From NCBI GenBank assembly GCA_031316235.1, contig JALDRA010000001.1, forward strand, positions 150,001 through 182,000: a DNA stretch of 32,000 nt. The letters run 5' to 3'. Under the pieces are notes generated by a model. That model saw only the letters and a program-made list of their open reading frames with translations. It was not told the origin of the DNA and ran no database searches. The position numbers and the translations under genes were made by a program. Numbering within the stretch: position 1 is the stretch's first letter; each line of letters starts with the position of its first letter. Positions 1 through 8,663 of this stretch are shown in pieces. The DNA is from Candidatus Scalindua sp. Lineage in GTDB: Bacteria > Planctomycetota > Brocadiia > Brocadiales > Scalinduaceae.

Positions 1-1
1 A

Positions 2-373
2 AATGTCACGATAGACAGAGCAACTCTTGACAAAACGATCATTGGTTCCGGTGTAAAGATTGACAATCATTCCCACGTAGCCCATAACGTCATTATCGGG
101 GAAAACAGCATGCTTATTGCATATGCAAAAATTGCGGGAGGAGCAAGAATTGGTAAAAATGTCATGATTGCTGAAGATGTAGGCATCACAGATCATGCAG
201 TCATTGGCGACAACTGTATTATCGGCGGAGGTTCAAATGTGTATAAGAGCCTTGAACCAGGCTCTGTAGTCTGGGGTTCTCCAGCCAAACCAATTAACCA
301 GGAAAAAAGAATACAGATAATACTGAAGAAGCTCCCGGCAATTTATAAGAAGATAAAAGATATTACTCATTAA
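2..373 (+). CDS. lpxD: UDP-3-O-acylglucosamine N-acyltransferase LpxD, C-terminal part (5' end outside window)
   Basis: Frame open from the window edge. Translation [36 protein letters not shown]...[13 protein letters not shown] shows hexapeptide beta-helix repeats plus the KIDN..AHNV.IG and GSPA.P tail pattern of LpxD. Stop TAA at 371-373. Confidence 0.8.
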   Translation, partial: NVTIDRATLDKTIIGSGVKIDNHSHVAHNVIIGENSMLIAYAKIAGGARIGKNVMIAEDVGITDHAVIGDNCIIGGGSNVYKSLEPGSVVWGSPAKPINQEKRIQIILKKLPAIYKKIKDITH

Positions 374-385
374 TATCAAGACAGG

Positions 386-446
386 TATACTCATCTCATA
401 CTGGATTTCGGATAAAATCCGAGATAAAATTGAGCGAGTAAAGTCC
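386..446 (-). repeat. Repeat family copy A: module M2 (long form) in inverted orientation
   Basis: 61/61 nt identical to the reverse complement of 1264-1324. Contains the TCGGAT-N3-ATCCGA palindrome. Followed by CCCCGGACAAAAAAGGGG. Confidence 0.9.
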
Positions 447-656
447 CCGGACAAAAAAGGGGTCAGAATGATGAAAGAATAAAGCTGAACCAACCGTTTC
501 TCTCTTCTTACCTATAATTCCGGCATTTGCAAAAAAACAGTTCTCTTTAAAATAGTACTTGACATTATCTGAATATTTTTATTACCATCTTGCCGAATGG
601 TATTCAGTAGAATTATCCCCGTTGATTTTCTCTGTCGACGTAACATTTCAGATTTT

Positions 657-1022
657 ATGATTATAGATACGAAATTAAAGCAAGTGCATTTCACGAAAGC
701 ATGCTTAGTTTTACTATTATGCTTCTCAATTCTTTCGGAAGCTGTTTTCTCGTTTGAAGACACTTTCGATAGAGGAGAAATAGGTTCTGCTTCCTCAGAA
801 GGCACGAGCACCTGCAATGAACACCACTGTCCTGTTGTCCCCAATCAACCCTGCCAGCATTGCCCGGTCTGTTGTACCGTTTCTCATCATTTTACAAATC
901 AGTCAACCGGAATTACTTTCCATTTTAACAATTCATCTCAACCTTTTTCACTTGCTGAAGAGGTTCTTGACAAAGAACTCTTTGCAAAAACACTCTTTCG
1001 TCCTCCACAATCAATTCTTTAA
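657..1022 (+). CDS. Small putative secreted Cys/His-rich protein upstream of the OMF gene (hypothetical)
   Basis: ORF 597-1022. The internal ATG at 657 gives a signal-peptide-like N-terminus (MIIDTKLKQVHFTKACLVLLLCFSILSEA), followed by CNEHHCPVVPNQPCQHCPVCC. No clear SD. Occupies the position held by czcI in classical czc operons. Confidence 0.35.
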   Translation: MIIDTKLKQVHFTKACLVLLLCFSILSEAVFSFEDTFDRGEIGSASSEGTSTCNEHHCPVVPNQPCQHCPVCCTVSHHFTNQSTGITFHFNNSSQPFSLAEEVLDKELFAKTLFRPPQSIL

Positions 1023-1185
1023 TTCTTCCATTTTTATTCAAGTGTTCCCCTGTTTCATTGATGACTCAATACACAATAGAGTTTGTTTGTGAAAAACAAG
1101 ACTTGCAGTCGGTCATGTGGTCCAATTACGTTCATAGAAAACTATTTTGTAGCTCAAGTATTAGTCAGCAATCAGTGATACAGGA

Positions 1186-1324
1186 TATACTAAAACCGAT
1201 TTGGTTTTCGATTTTACCGGAAACCAAATCCTGGTGAAGGTATCCCCGGACAAAAAGCGCCGAGGACTTTACTCGCTCAATTTTATCTCGGATTTTATCC
1301 GAAATCCAGTATGAGATGAGTATA
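1186..1324 (+). repeat. Repeat family copy B: modules M1+M2 with a 27-bp internal insert
   Basis: M1 (1186-1243) has a 10-bp perfect stem, GATTTGGTTT (1198-1207) / AAACCAAATC (1221-1230). The insert CCCCGGACAAAAAGCGCCGAGGACTTT (1244-1270) is absent from copy D. M2 spans 1271-1324. Otherwise 3 mismatches to 20004-20115. Confidence 0.9.
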
Positions 1325-1428
1325 TCACTGACGAGTACGTGTTTTCATGCATAAACCATCCATTATGGGAATTGCACTTTTATACGTATGCAACACTTCA
1401 GTAAACAATTTCTAACAAGAGGTAATAC

Positions 1429-2709
1429 ATGATCTATCCGGTACATCATTTTAAGTATGTAACTGTTGTAACATTATTAGCGTCTATACTCTTTTTGACT
1501 TCTCATGTGTCAATTGCTCGGGAAGAGACAGATGCTGAAACTGTCAATCTCGAAGAATGTATCACAAGAGCATTTGAGAACAATTTACAGATCGCTGCTG
1601 CAAGAAACAGATTAGGTACATCAGAGGCTGACCGCATTAAGTCGTCATTGCTTTTTCCTTCAAATCCTAAATTGAATACCAGAATAGGAACAAGAAATTC
1701 ACCATCACCTGCAGACAGACATACGGACTATTCGGTTTCACTATCTCAGGAGTTTCAGGTTTATGGCCAGAGACGAAAAAGAATAAACGTATCTGATAAA
1801 TTGATTGAAAGGGTGAAATTTGAAATTTCTGATGTGGAAAGAAACGTTATTGCGAAGGTCAAGACTAATTTTTATGAGGCGTTAACTGCCTTGGAAATTT
1901 TAAAGCTTCGCGAATATGTCGAAAGTATTTTCGAAAAGTTATGGGATGCTTCCAGTGAGCGATTCAAAGCCGGTGCAATATCCTCACTTGAACTCAATTC
2001 AATACAGATAGGTTATGGGCAGGCAAGACAACAGCTTCTTGTCGCAAAGAGTAACTATCAAAACAGTCTCTTAAATTTGAAACTCCTTCTGGGTATGTCC
2101 AGGGAGGAACAATTAAATATCGTTGGCAGACTGTCTTATGAGAAATTTCAAATAAGTATGGAAGACATTTTGGACTCTGCCTACAAGATAAGGCCTGACC
2201 TGAAGGCAATAGAGTTTGAGAAAGAAAGGGCCTCTCAGGAAATATCACTCCGTAAGGCGGAGATTATTCCAAATCCCAGTGTATCAGGATTTTTCAGCAG
2301 AGAAGAAGGGGATGATGATATCGTTGGCGGGCAGGTGTCCGTTTCAATACCTGTATGGGATAGAAAACAGCCTGAACTTAAAAGGGCTCGGACTGCGAAA
2401 GGCACAGCAAACATAAATATCAAAAATAAGCGACTGGAGATACAAAAGGAAGTGGCTGTTGCATATCGTACTTTTATGGCAGCAAAAGGCAGTTTAGCAA
2501 TCTATACTGATGAAATTATACCGAAGGTCGACGAAAATCTGACACTAAACGAAATATCATATAAAGAAGGTAAGATTGATTTTATCGGATTCCTCACTGT
2601 ACAAAGGAATCTTTTAGAAGCCAGAGCTGCTTATTTAAGCGGATTGTTTGATTACAATAATGCCATTATCAACCTGGAGACCGTTTCGGGAATGAAATTA
2701 ATGCCCTAA
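1429..2709 (+). CDS. TolC-family outer membrane efflux protein (CzcC/CusC-like OMF), cluster 1
   Basis: 426 aa with N-terminal signal sequence and two-repeat OMF architecture (LEECITRAFENNLQIAAAR..., ...LLEARAAYLSGLFDYNNAIINLE). SD AGAGG upstream. Immediately precedes the adaptor and RND pump genes. Confidence 0.85.
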   Translation: MIYPVHHFKYVTVVTLLASILFLTSHVSIAREETDAETVNLEECITRAFENNLQIAAARNRLGTSEADRIKSSLLFPSNPKLNTRIGTRNSPSPADRHTDYSVSLSQEFQVYGQRRKRINVSDKLIERVKFEISDVERNVIAKVKTNFYEALTALEILKLREYVESIFEKLWDASSERFKAGAISSLELNSIQIGYGQARQQLLVAKSNYQNSLLNLKLLLGMSREEQLNIVGRLSYEKFQISMEDILDSAYKIRPDLKAIEFEKERASQEISLRKAEIIPNPSVSGFFSREEGDDDIVGGQVSVSIPVWDRKQPELKRARTAKGTANINIKNKRLEIQKEVAVAYRTFMAAKGSLAIYTDEIIPKVDENLTLNEISYKEGKIDFIGFLTVQRNLLEARAAYLSGLFDYNNAIINLETVSGMKLMP

Positions 2710-2774
2710 TTAAGAGCGGTCAATCGATAACGTTATCATTAGCAGATTAAAGAGTCAGAAACGGAGAAGAAATT

Positions 2775-3983
2775 ATGAGTATACGATTATCTGGAATTTT
2801 ACTCGTGTTGTTGCTGCTTTTTTCTCAGATTTCATGCAAGAAACCAACAACGGGCGTGACAGGCACCGGGGAACATGGAGAACATGCTCACGAGGAGCAT
2901 AGCGAGGGAGAACATACCGGAGAGCAGAGAGTACAAATTTCTCCACAGGAAATGGAGGAGTTTGATGTAGAGGTGGCAGAAGCGCTTCCCGGCAAAATAC
3001 TTATCGACTTGCACTTGCCCGGTGAGGTTGTTTATGATCCAGCCAGGGTGGTGCACATTGTACCGAGAGTCCCGGGTATTGTAACAAAAGTGCACAAAGA
3101 AATTGGTGATCAGTTGAGGGAAGGAGAAGTCATGGCGGTCTTAGAAAGCAGAGAACTTGCATCCGCTAAGGCGAATTACCTTGCGGCCATTGAAATCCTT
3201 TCTCTGGCCGAGGCAACTTATAACCGTGAAAAAAAACTGTGGGATAAAAATATTTCCTCCGAACGCGAATATCTGGATGCCCAGACAAGGTTGGCAGAAG
3301 CCAGGATTCAGTTACATAAATCCCAACATCAACTCATGGCTCTTGGTTTCACGAAAGAATATGTAGATGAACTCAAGCACGGTTCAGAAGATATGTCACA
3401 CTTCGAAATAACATCACCGTTCAGTGGGGCCATTGTCGAAAAGCATATTACACTGGGTGAAAAAGTGGATGACCAAAACCCGGTGTTTACCGTTGCAGAT
3501 CTCAGTACTGTCTGGGTTTATTTGACGGTCTACCAGAAAGATCTGGAATCAGTTCGTGTTGGCCAAACTGTTACCATACGAGAGCAACAAGGCCTGCACA
3601 GCACTAAATCCAGGCTTGATTATATAACTCCCTTTGTGGAAGAATCCACACGTACCGCGACCGCCCGGGTGGTCCTGGATAATTCTAAAGGAGAGTGGCA
3701 TCCCGGTGCCTTCGTATCGGGTGAGGTTATTATCGATGAATTTGAAGTGAAAATTGCAGTGCCTCGTACCGCTTTGTTAGTCGTTCAGGAAAAAAATATT
3801 ATTTTTGTGAAGATCAAAGACGGGTTTGAACCTCGCCAGGTAACTCTAGGCAGAAAGAACGAAGCAAACCTGGAGATTTTATCAGGCCTGGACAGGGGTG
3901 AACAGTACATTAGCAGAGGAGGATTTACCCTCAAGTCAGAACTTGGAAGAAGCAGTCTTGAAGGAGGAGGACATGCACATTAA
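2775..3983 (+). CDS. Efflux RND periplasmic adaptor (MFP, CzcB/CusB-like) lipoprotein with His-rich N-terminal tract
   Basis: 402 aa. Lipobox-like FSQISC. GEHGEHAHEEHSEGEHTGE tract and C-terminal GGGHAH. HlyD/MFP core motifs (ITSPFSGAIVEKHITLGEKV, VFTVADLSTVWV). SD GGAGA. Confidence 0.9.
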   Translation: MSIRLSGILLVLLLLFSQISCKKPTTGVTGTGEHGEHAHEEHSEGEHTGEQRVQISPQEMEEFDVEVAEALPGKILIDLHLPGEVVYDPARVVHIVPRVPGIVTKVHKEIGDQLREGEVMAVLESRELASAKANYLAAIEILSLAEATYNREKKLWDKNISSEREYLDAQTRLAEARIQLHKSQHQLMALGFTKEYVDELKHGSEDMSHFEITSPFSGAIVEKHITLGEKVDDQNPVFTVADLSTVWVYLTVYQKDLESVRVGQTVTIREQQGLHSTKSRLDYITPFVEESTRTATARVVLDNSKGEWHPGAFVSGEVIIDEFEVKIAVPRTALLVVQEKNIIFVKIKDGFEPRQVTLGRKNEANLEILSGLDRGEQYISRGGFTLKSELGRSSLEGGGHAH

Positions 3984-4001
3984 AATATTTGGGAGATTAA
4001 C

Positions 4002-7000
4002 ATGGAAAGATTAATTGATTTTTCTCTCAGGAACCGGCTGTTGATGATTGTTCTTACAATAATAGTCATTGCCGGTGGATACTACAGTTACAGGAAGCTT
4101 CCCGTTGACGCCTTTCCGGACGTTTCTCCGAACCTGGTGCAGATATTTACAGTCACCGAAGGATTGGCTCCGCAGGAAGTAGAGAAATACGTTACCTTTC
4201 CTATTGAGATGGCCATGACCGGGCTGCCAGGGCTGGAGAAGATCAGGAGTGTTTCCAACTTTGGACTCTCCGTGGTGAATATCTATTTCGAAGATGGTAT
4301 GGACATCTATTTCTGCCGTCAGGTGGTCAACGAACGATTGCAGGAAGCCCGTGATCAGATCCCGGAAGGATTTGGTGAGCCGGGAATGGGCCCCATATCT
4401 ACAGGTATGGGACTGGTTCTCTTTTATTATCTCGAAGATACAACGGAAAAATACTCCCTTGAGGAACTCCGCACCATCCAGGACTGGGTAATCAAATTAA
4501 ACCTGCAGACCGTGCCCGGTGTAACGGAGGTGTTGGGTATTGGTGGATATGAAAGGCAATACCATGTCGTTGTTCAACCTGAAAGTTTGCTGCGCTATCA
4601 TGTCACTCTCCAGGAAATTGTAGAACGTGTAAAGGCTAATAATCTTAACGTTGGCGCACAATTCATCGAGAAAAATCGTGAAGAATTCATCGTACGTTCC
4701 GTGGGACTGGCTGATGGAATTGATGACCTTCAAAGAATTATTATTAAAACGGTAGATGGCCGTCCAGTATATCTCGATAGTATTGCCGATATACAGATCG
4801 GAGGAGCAGTTCGACGTGGTTTGCAGACGAGAAACGGGCAAGGGGAAGTGATCGCAGGCATGGTTATCAAGCTATTCGGAACAAATGCCTCGACCATTAT
4901 CGGACGTGTGGAAGAAAAGATAAAGGAGGTAAATAAAATCCTGCCTGATGGTATTCGAATTGTACCTTATTACCAGCAGAAAGATATCGTGGAGGCATCA
5001 GTCAGTACCGTGAGAAATGCCTTAATACAAGGCATTGTACTGGTAGCCCTGGTCTTGCTTGTTTTCATGGGTGGCTTTCGCCCCAGTCTCGTGGTTGCTA
5101 TGGCCATTCCCTTTTCCGTCATGTTTGCGTGTATTGCCATGTATTACTACAATCTTTCAGCAAACTTAATGTCTCTGGGAGGGCTGGCAATTGCCATTGG
5201 CATGATGGTGGATGGTACCATTGTTATGGTGGAAAATGTAGACAGGCTTCTTCGTGAAGCAGCTCCAGATGAGTCGAGGATACACGTGGTAGCCCGGGCG
5301 TGCAAAGAAGTTGCCCGCCCTATTACGTTTGCCATATGTATTATTGTCATAGTCTTTTTGCCCCTTTTCACTCTCCAGGGAGTTGAGGGTAAGACTTTCA
5401 AACCACTGGCTTATACTGTCTCCCTGGCAATGCTGGGTTCGCTGGTTTTTGCTATACTGATGGCTCCCCTCTTGAGCAGTTATTTAATGCGCAGGCCTGG
5501 ATCAAAGAAGGGCAAAAAGGAAGGGAGTGAATCATTCGTTGTAAAGATATTGCTGATCCCTTATCGGCCACTTGTCGTGTTTTTTGTTCAAAGACGCATC
5601 TATGCCATTATTCTGGCAGTGGTGCTCCTTTTACTTGGTGGTCTGGTTTACCCCAGGCTCGGTTCAGAATTCACCCCTAAACTCAAGGAAGGGACTGTGG
5701 TCGTACGTCTAACTATGGCCCCGTCAATCGCTTTGACAGAGAGTAAACGTATGACCATGGTAGTTGAACGTAAACTGCTCAACATACCGGAGGTCAGGGA
5801 GGTAGTCACTCGAATTGGGAGGGGTGAAGTGGGTGCACATTCAGATCCGATCAATTCCGCGGAAATCTATGTGCTTCTGAAGCCAGAAAAAGAGTGGCGG
5901 AGAAAAGGAGATCAGGAATATATCGAGGAACTCATCAGGGAAGAACTCGGGGTAATGCCGGGTATTCTGAGTAACCTGACTCAGCCGATCGAGATGACAG
6001 TGGATGAGTTGTTGGAAGGGGTAAGGGCCGAACTGTCTATTAAACTATTCGGGCGTGATCTCGACACATTGAAAAGCAAGGCCGATGAAATAGCCAGCGT
6101 GATACAAACTATTCGTGGAGCAGCAGATGTTCAGGCAGACCAGGTCAGCGGAAAACACCAGCTTCTCATTCGACCTAAACGTGAAGCTATCGCCCGCTAC
6201 GGCATTAATCTTGAAGATGTACAGAAGGTGATAAGGTCAGCCGTTGGTGGTGAAATTGCCGGTCAGATATTTGAGGGAATCCGTCGTTTTGGTATATTGG
6301 TACGCTACGAACCTGATGCACGACGCACACGTGAAGATATCGAAAACCTGTTGATCGAGGCTCCAGGTGGTACAGTCGTACCTCTGGTGGAATTGGCGGA
6401 GATACAGGAGATAGTGAGCCCACGCCAGATTATGCGGGAAGATACTCAAAGATTTATTACGGTCCAGTGTAATGTCGTGGGCAGGGATATCGGGTCATTT
6501 GTGGAAGAGTCACAACAGGCAATTGATGATACGGTGGATCTTCCACCCGGTTATCTCATGACATGGGGTGGGCAATTTCGGCTCCAGCAGGAGGCAAACA
6601 AACGATTTTCCGTGGTGATCCCGGCCACAATCCTTATCGTAAGCCTGTTATTATTCAGTAATTTTGGCTCACTCAAGAACACTCTGCTTATTCTTCTCAA
6701 TATTCCTCTGGCGCTGGTAGGAGGTATAATAGCTTTGTGGATAACAGGTCAGAACCTCTCCGTGCCGGCTTCAGTTGGTTTCATCGCGTTATTTGGAATT
6801 GCACTTGAAAACGGCATGGTGCTGCTGACTTATTTAAAACAACTCATCCGTGATGGTCTTTCAATAGATGAAGCCTCAATCAAGGGTGCATGCCTTCGAT
6901 TGCGCCCTGTTCTGATGACGGCGGTAACCACCGCATTGGGACTTATACCCCTACTCCTTGCATCAGGCACCGGCAGCGATGTGCAACGGCCGCTTGCCAC

Positions 7001-7130
7001 GGTAGTTGTCGGCGGATTGGTTACCTCTACAGTCTTGACACTCCTGGTTATACCAGCGCTTTTCAAATGGTTTTCTGTTCCGTTAGAGACAGAAATTTCG
7101 CATAATAATAAAATAATCAGGGAAGGTTAA
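4002..7130 (+). CDS. CusA/CzcA-family heavy-metal efflux RND pump 1
   Basis: 1042 aa, 12-TM RND layout. N-terminus MERLIDFSLRNRLL. TM4 signature AIGMMVDGTIVMVEN (5193-5237). C-terminal SDVQRPLATVVVGGLVTST. Confidence 0.93.
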   Translation: MERLIDFSLRNRLLMIVLTIIVIAGGYYSYRKLPVDAFPDVSPNLVQIFTVTEGLAPQEVEKYVTFPIEMAMTGLPGLEKIRSVSNFGLSVVNIYFEDGMDIYFCRQVVNERLQEARDQIPEGFGEPGMGPISTGMGLVLFYYLEDTTEKYSLEELRTIQDWVIKLNLQTVPGVTEVLGIGGYERQYHVVVQPESLLRYHVTLQEIVERVKANNLNVGAQFIEKNREEFIVRSVGLADGIDDLQRIIIKTVDGRPVYLDSIADIQIGGAVRRGLQTRNGQGEVIAGMVIKLFGTNASTIIGRVEEKIKEVNKILPDGIRIVPYYQQKDIVEASVSTVRNALIQGIVLVALVLLVFMGGFRPSLVVAMAIPFSVMFACIAMYYYNLSANLMSLGGLAIAIGMMVDGTIVMVENVDRLLREAAPDESRIHVVARACKEVARPITFAICIIVIVFLPLFTLQGVEGKTFKPLAYTVSLAMLGSLVFAILMAPLLSSYLMRRPGSKKGKKEGSESFVVKILLIPYRPLVVFFVQRRIYAIILAVVLLLLGGLVYPRLGSEFTPKLKEGTVVVRLTMAPSIALTESKRMTMVVERKLLNIPEVREVVTRIGRGEVGAHSDPINSAEIYVLLKPEKEWRRKGDQEYIEELIREELGVMPGILSNLTQPIEMTVDELLEGVRAELSIKLFGRDLDTLKSKADEIASVIQTIRGAADVQADQVSGKHQLLIRPKREAIARYGINLEDVQKVIRSAVGGEIAGQIFEGIRRFGILVRYEPDARRTREDIENLLIEAPGGTVVPLVELAEIQEIVSPRQIMREDTQRFITVQCNVVGRDIGSFVEESQQAIDDTVDLPPGYLMTWGGQFRLQQEANKRFSVVIPATILIVSLLLFSNFGSLKNTLLILLNIPLALVGGIIALWITGQNLSVPASVGFIALFGIALENGMVLLTYLKQLIRDGLSIDEASIKGACLRLRPVLMTAVTTALGLIPLLLASGTGSDVQRPLATVVVGGLVTSTVLTLLVIPALFKWFSVPLETEISHNNKIIREG

Positions 7131-7262
7131 ATTATGTAACGAGTTATTGATTACATTGATTAAGGGAAAGTGGTGTAAGTAGTAACGTATTCATTTAACT
7201 GTACACCTTCAAAGTCTGATCGATCTGCATGGTTAAAATTTATTCACACAGGTATTAATATA

Positions 7263-8663
7263 ATGGAAAAACAACAACGTATGATAAACCGGTTATTTCT
7301 GTTGTCAGGAATATTTTTTTCAGCATTTCTTTTTATTCAAATTATATGTATGAGCTGTTACGCAAATGAAGTTCATACCAAGCAGACGGAAAGTGTTGTT
7401 AGGGATGCAAATCGATTGTGGTGTAATGAACACGGTGTCTATGAAGACGAATGTTTTATTTGCCATCCTGAATTAAAATCCGATAACAGCGAAGTACCAT
7501 CAGTGGAACTTTATTGTGAAGAACACAGGGTACTGGAAAAAGAGTGCGGAATATGTCGCCCTGAGTTAACATCTTCACTTTTACCTGGCAAAGGTCTAAA
7601 GGTGAGACTGGAGTCTCCAGAGTCTGCGGCAAAAGCAGGTGTAGTCACTGCTTTTCCAGATGAAGATAAACACCCTGCCACTCATAGTGTTCTGTGTCAA
7701 GTTTCTTACAACATGAATTTTTTTGCCCGCATAACGCCTTTAACTTCAGGAGTTGTTCGGAGAGTCCTTGCAGATGTGGGTGCATATGTGTCTAAAGATG
7801 ATGTCCTGGTAGAGATTATCTCATCTGAAATTGCAAGCGCAAAAGTCGATTATTTAACTGCTCTGGTAAATGAAACATTAAAGGAGCTGGTTTATGAACG
7901 GGAAAAAGGGCTTTTTGAAAAAAAAATCTCTTCACAGCGTGAGTATCAGCAGGCACGGGCAGAATACCAGGTCGCTACACACACCACGAATACAAGACGT
8001 CAACAACTTCTCAATTACGGATTTACAGAAGCTGAAGTTAAAAAGATTGTTGAAACCCGTTCAAGCTCTTCTATTCTTCCTATCCGCGCTCCATTTTCAG
8101 GAACGATTATTGAGAGAAATGCCGTTCTGGGAGAAGCAGTTGAACTGGGCGACACTCTTTTTTCTCTGGCAGACCTGTCTACAATGTGGCTTGAGCTTTC
8201 TATTCCAGAATACCTGTTGTCTTTTTTCAGGGTGGGTAATACTGTCGAAGCAAATTTTCATAGTCTTCCCGGGAAAAGACTGCATGGGAACTTAATCTGG
8301 TTGGCATCTGGCATAGAAGAAAAAAGTCAGATGTTAAAGGGGCGTGCAATTGTGGAAAACCCGGAGTTTCTGCTAAAACACGGAATGTTTGGAAAAAGCT
8401 CACTCTTGTCTGAGCAGCCTGATAAAGGGCTGTATGTTCCTCTTGAGTCCATACAACGATTTGATAACAAGTCTTTCCTGTTTGTTAAGCTGTCAGACGA
8501 TCTTTACGAAATTCGCAGGGTTGTACCGGGTAGCAGAAACGATGATAAGATTGAAATTATTGAAGGAGTATCGCTTCATGAAAAGGTAGTTGTCGAAGGG
8601 AGTTTTACCTTGAAATCAGAATTCCTCAAATCTCGTCTTGGGGAGGGGTGTGTCGATGAATAA
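7263..8663 (+). CDS. Efflux RND periplasmic adaptor 2 with twin N-terminal C-x2-H-x6-C-x2-C modules
   Basis: 466 aa. TM/signal segment, then WCNEHGVYEDECFICHPEL and YCEEHRVLEKECGICRPEL, then the MFP core (IRAPFSGTIIERNAVLGEAV, LFSLADLSTMWL). Overlaps the next gene by 8 nt. Confidence 0.9.
   Translation: MEKQQRMINRLFLLSGIFFSAFLFIQIICMSCYANEVHTKQTESVVRDANRLWCNEHGVYEDECFICHPELKSDNSEVPSVELYCEEHRVLEKECGICRPELTSSLLPGKGLKVRLESPESAAKAGVVTAFPDEDKHPATHSVLCQVSYNMNFFARITPLTSGVVRRVLADVGAYVSKDDVLVEIISSEIASAKVDYLTALVNETLKELVYEREKGLFEKKISSQREYQQARAEYQVATHTTNTRRQQLLNYGFTEAEVKKIVETRSSSSILPIRAPFSGTIIERNAVLGEAVELGDTLFSLADLSTMWLELSIPEYLLSFFRVGNTVEANFHSLPGKRLHGNLIWLASGIEEKSQMLKGRAIVENPEFLLKHGMFGKSSLLSEQPDKGLYVPLESIQRFDNKSFLFVKLSDDLYEIRRVVPGSRNDDKIEIIEGVSLHEKVVVEGSFTLKSEFLKSRLGEGCVDE

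Noticed and set aside
512-844. 110-aa minus-strand ORF opposite the small Cys/His-rich ORF
   Set aside because: It has no signal, motif or SD. The plus-strand ORF has a signal peptide and a metal-ligand cluster and is oriented with the operon, although it too is only low confidence.
4294-7105. Numerous 60-115 aa ORFs inside or antisense to RND pump 1, with equivalents inside pumps 2 and 3 (e.g. 9675-10010, 26032-26949)
   Set aside because: They are fully embedded in long, well-supported RND reading frames. Their composition is low-complexity, typical of antisense or shifted frames, and they lack start contexts.
8638-8655. Upstream start (MGRGVS...) for RND pump 2
   Set aside because: The ATG at 8656 gives MNKIIEFSLKNRL, which aligns with the N-termini of the other two pumps and makes the usual ATGA-type overlap with the adaptor stop.
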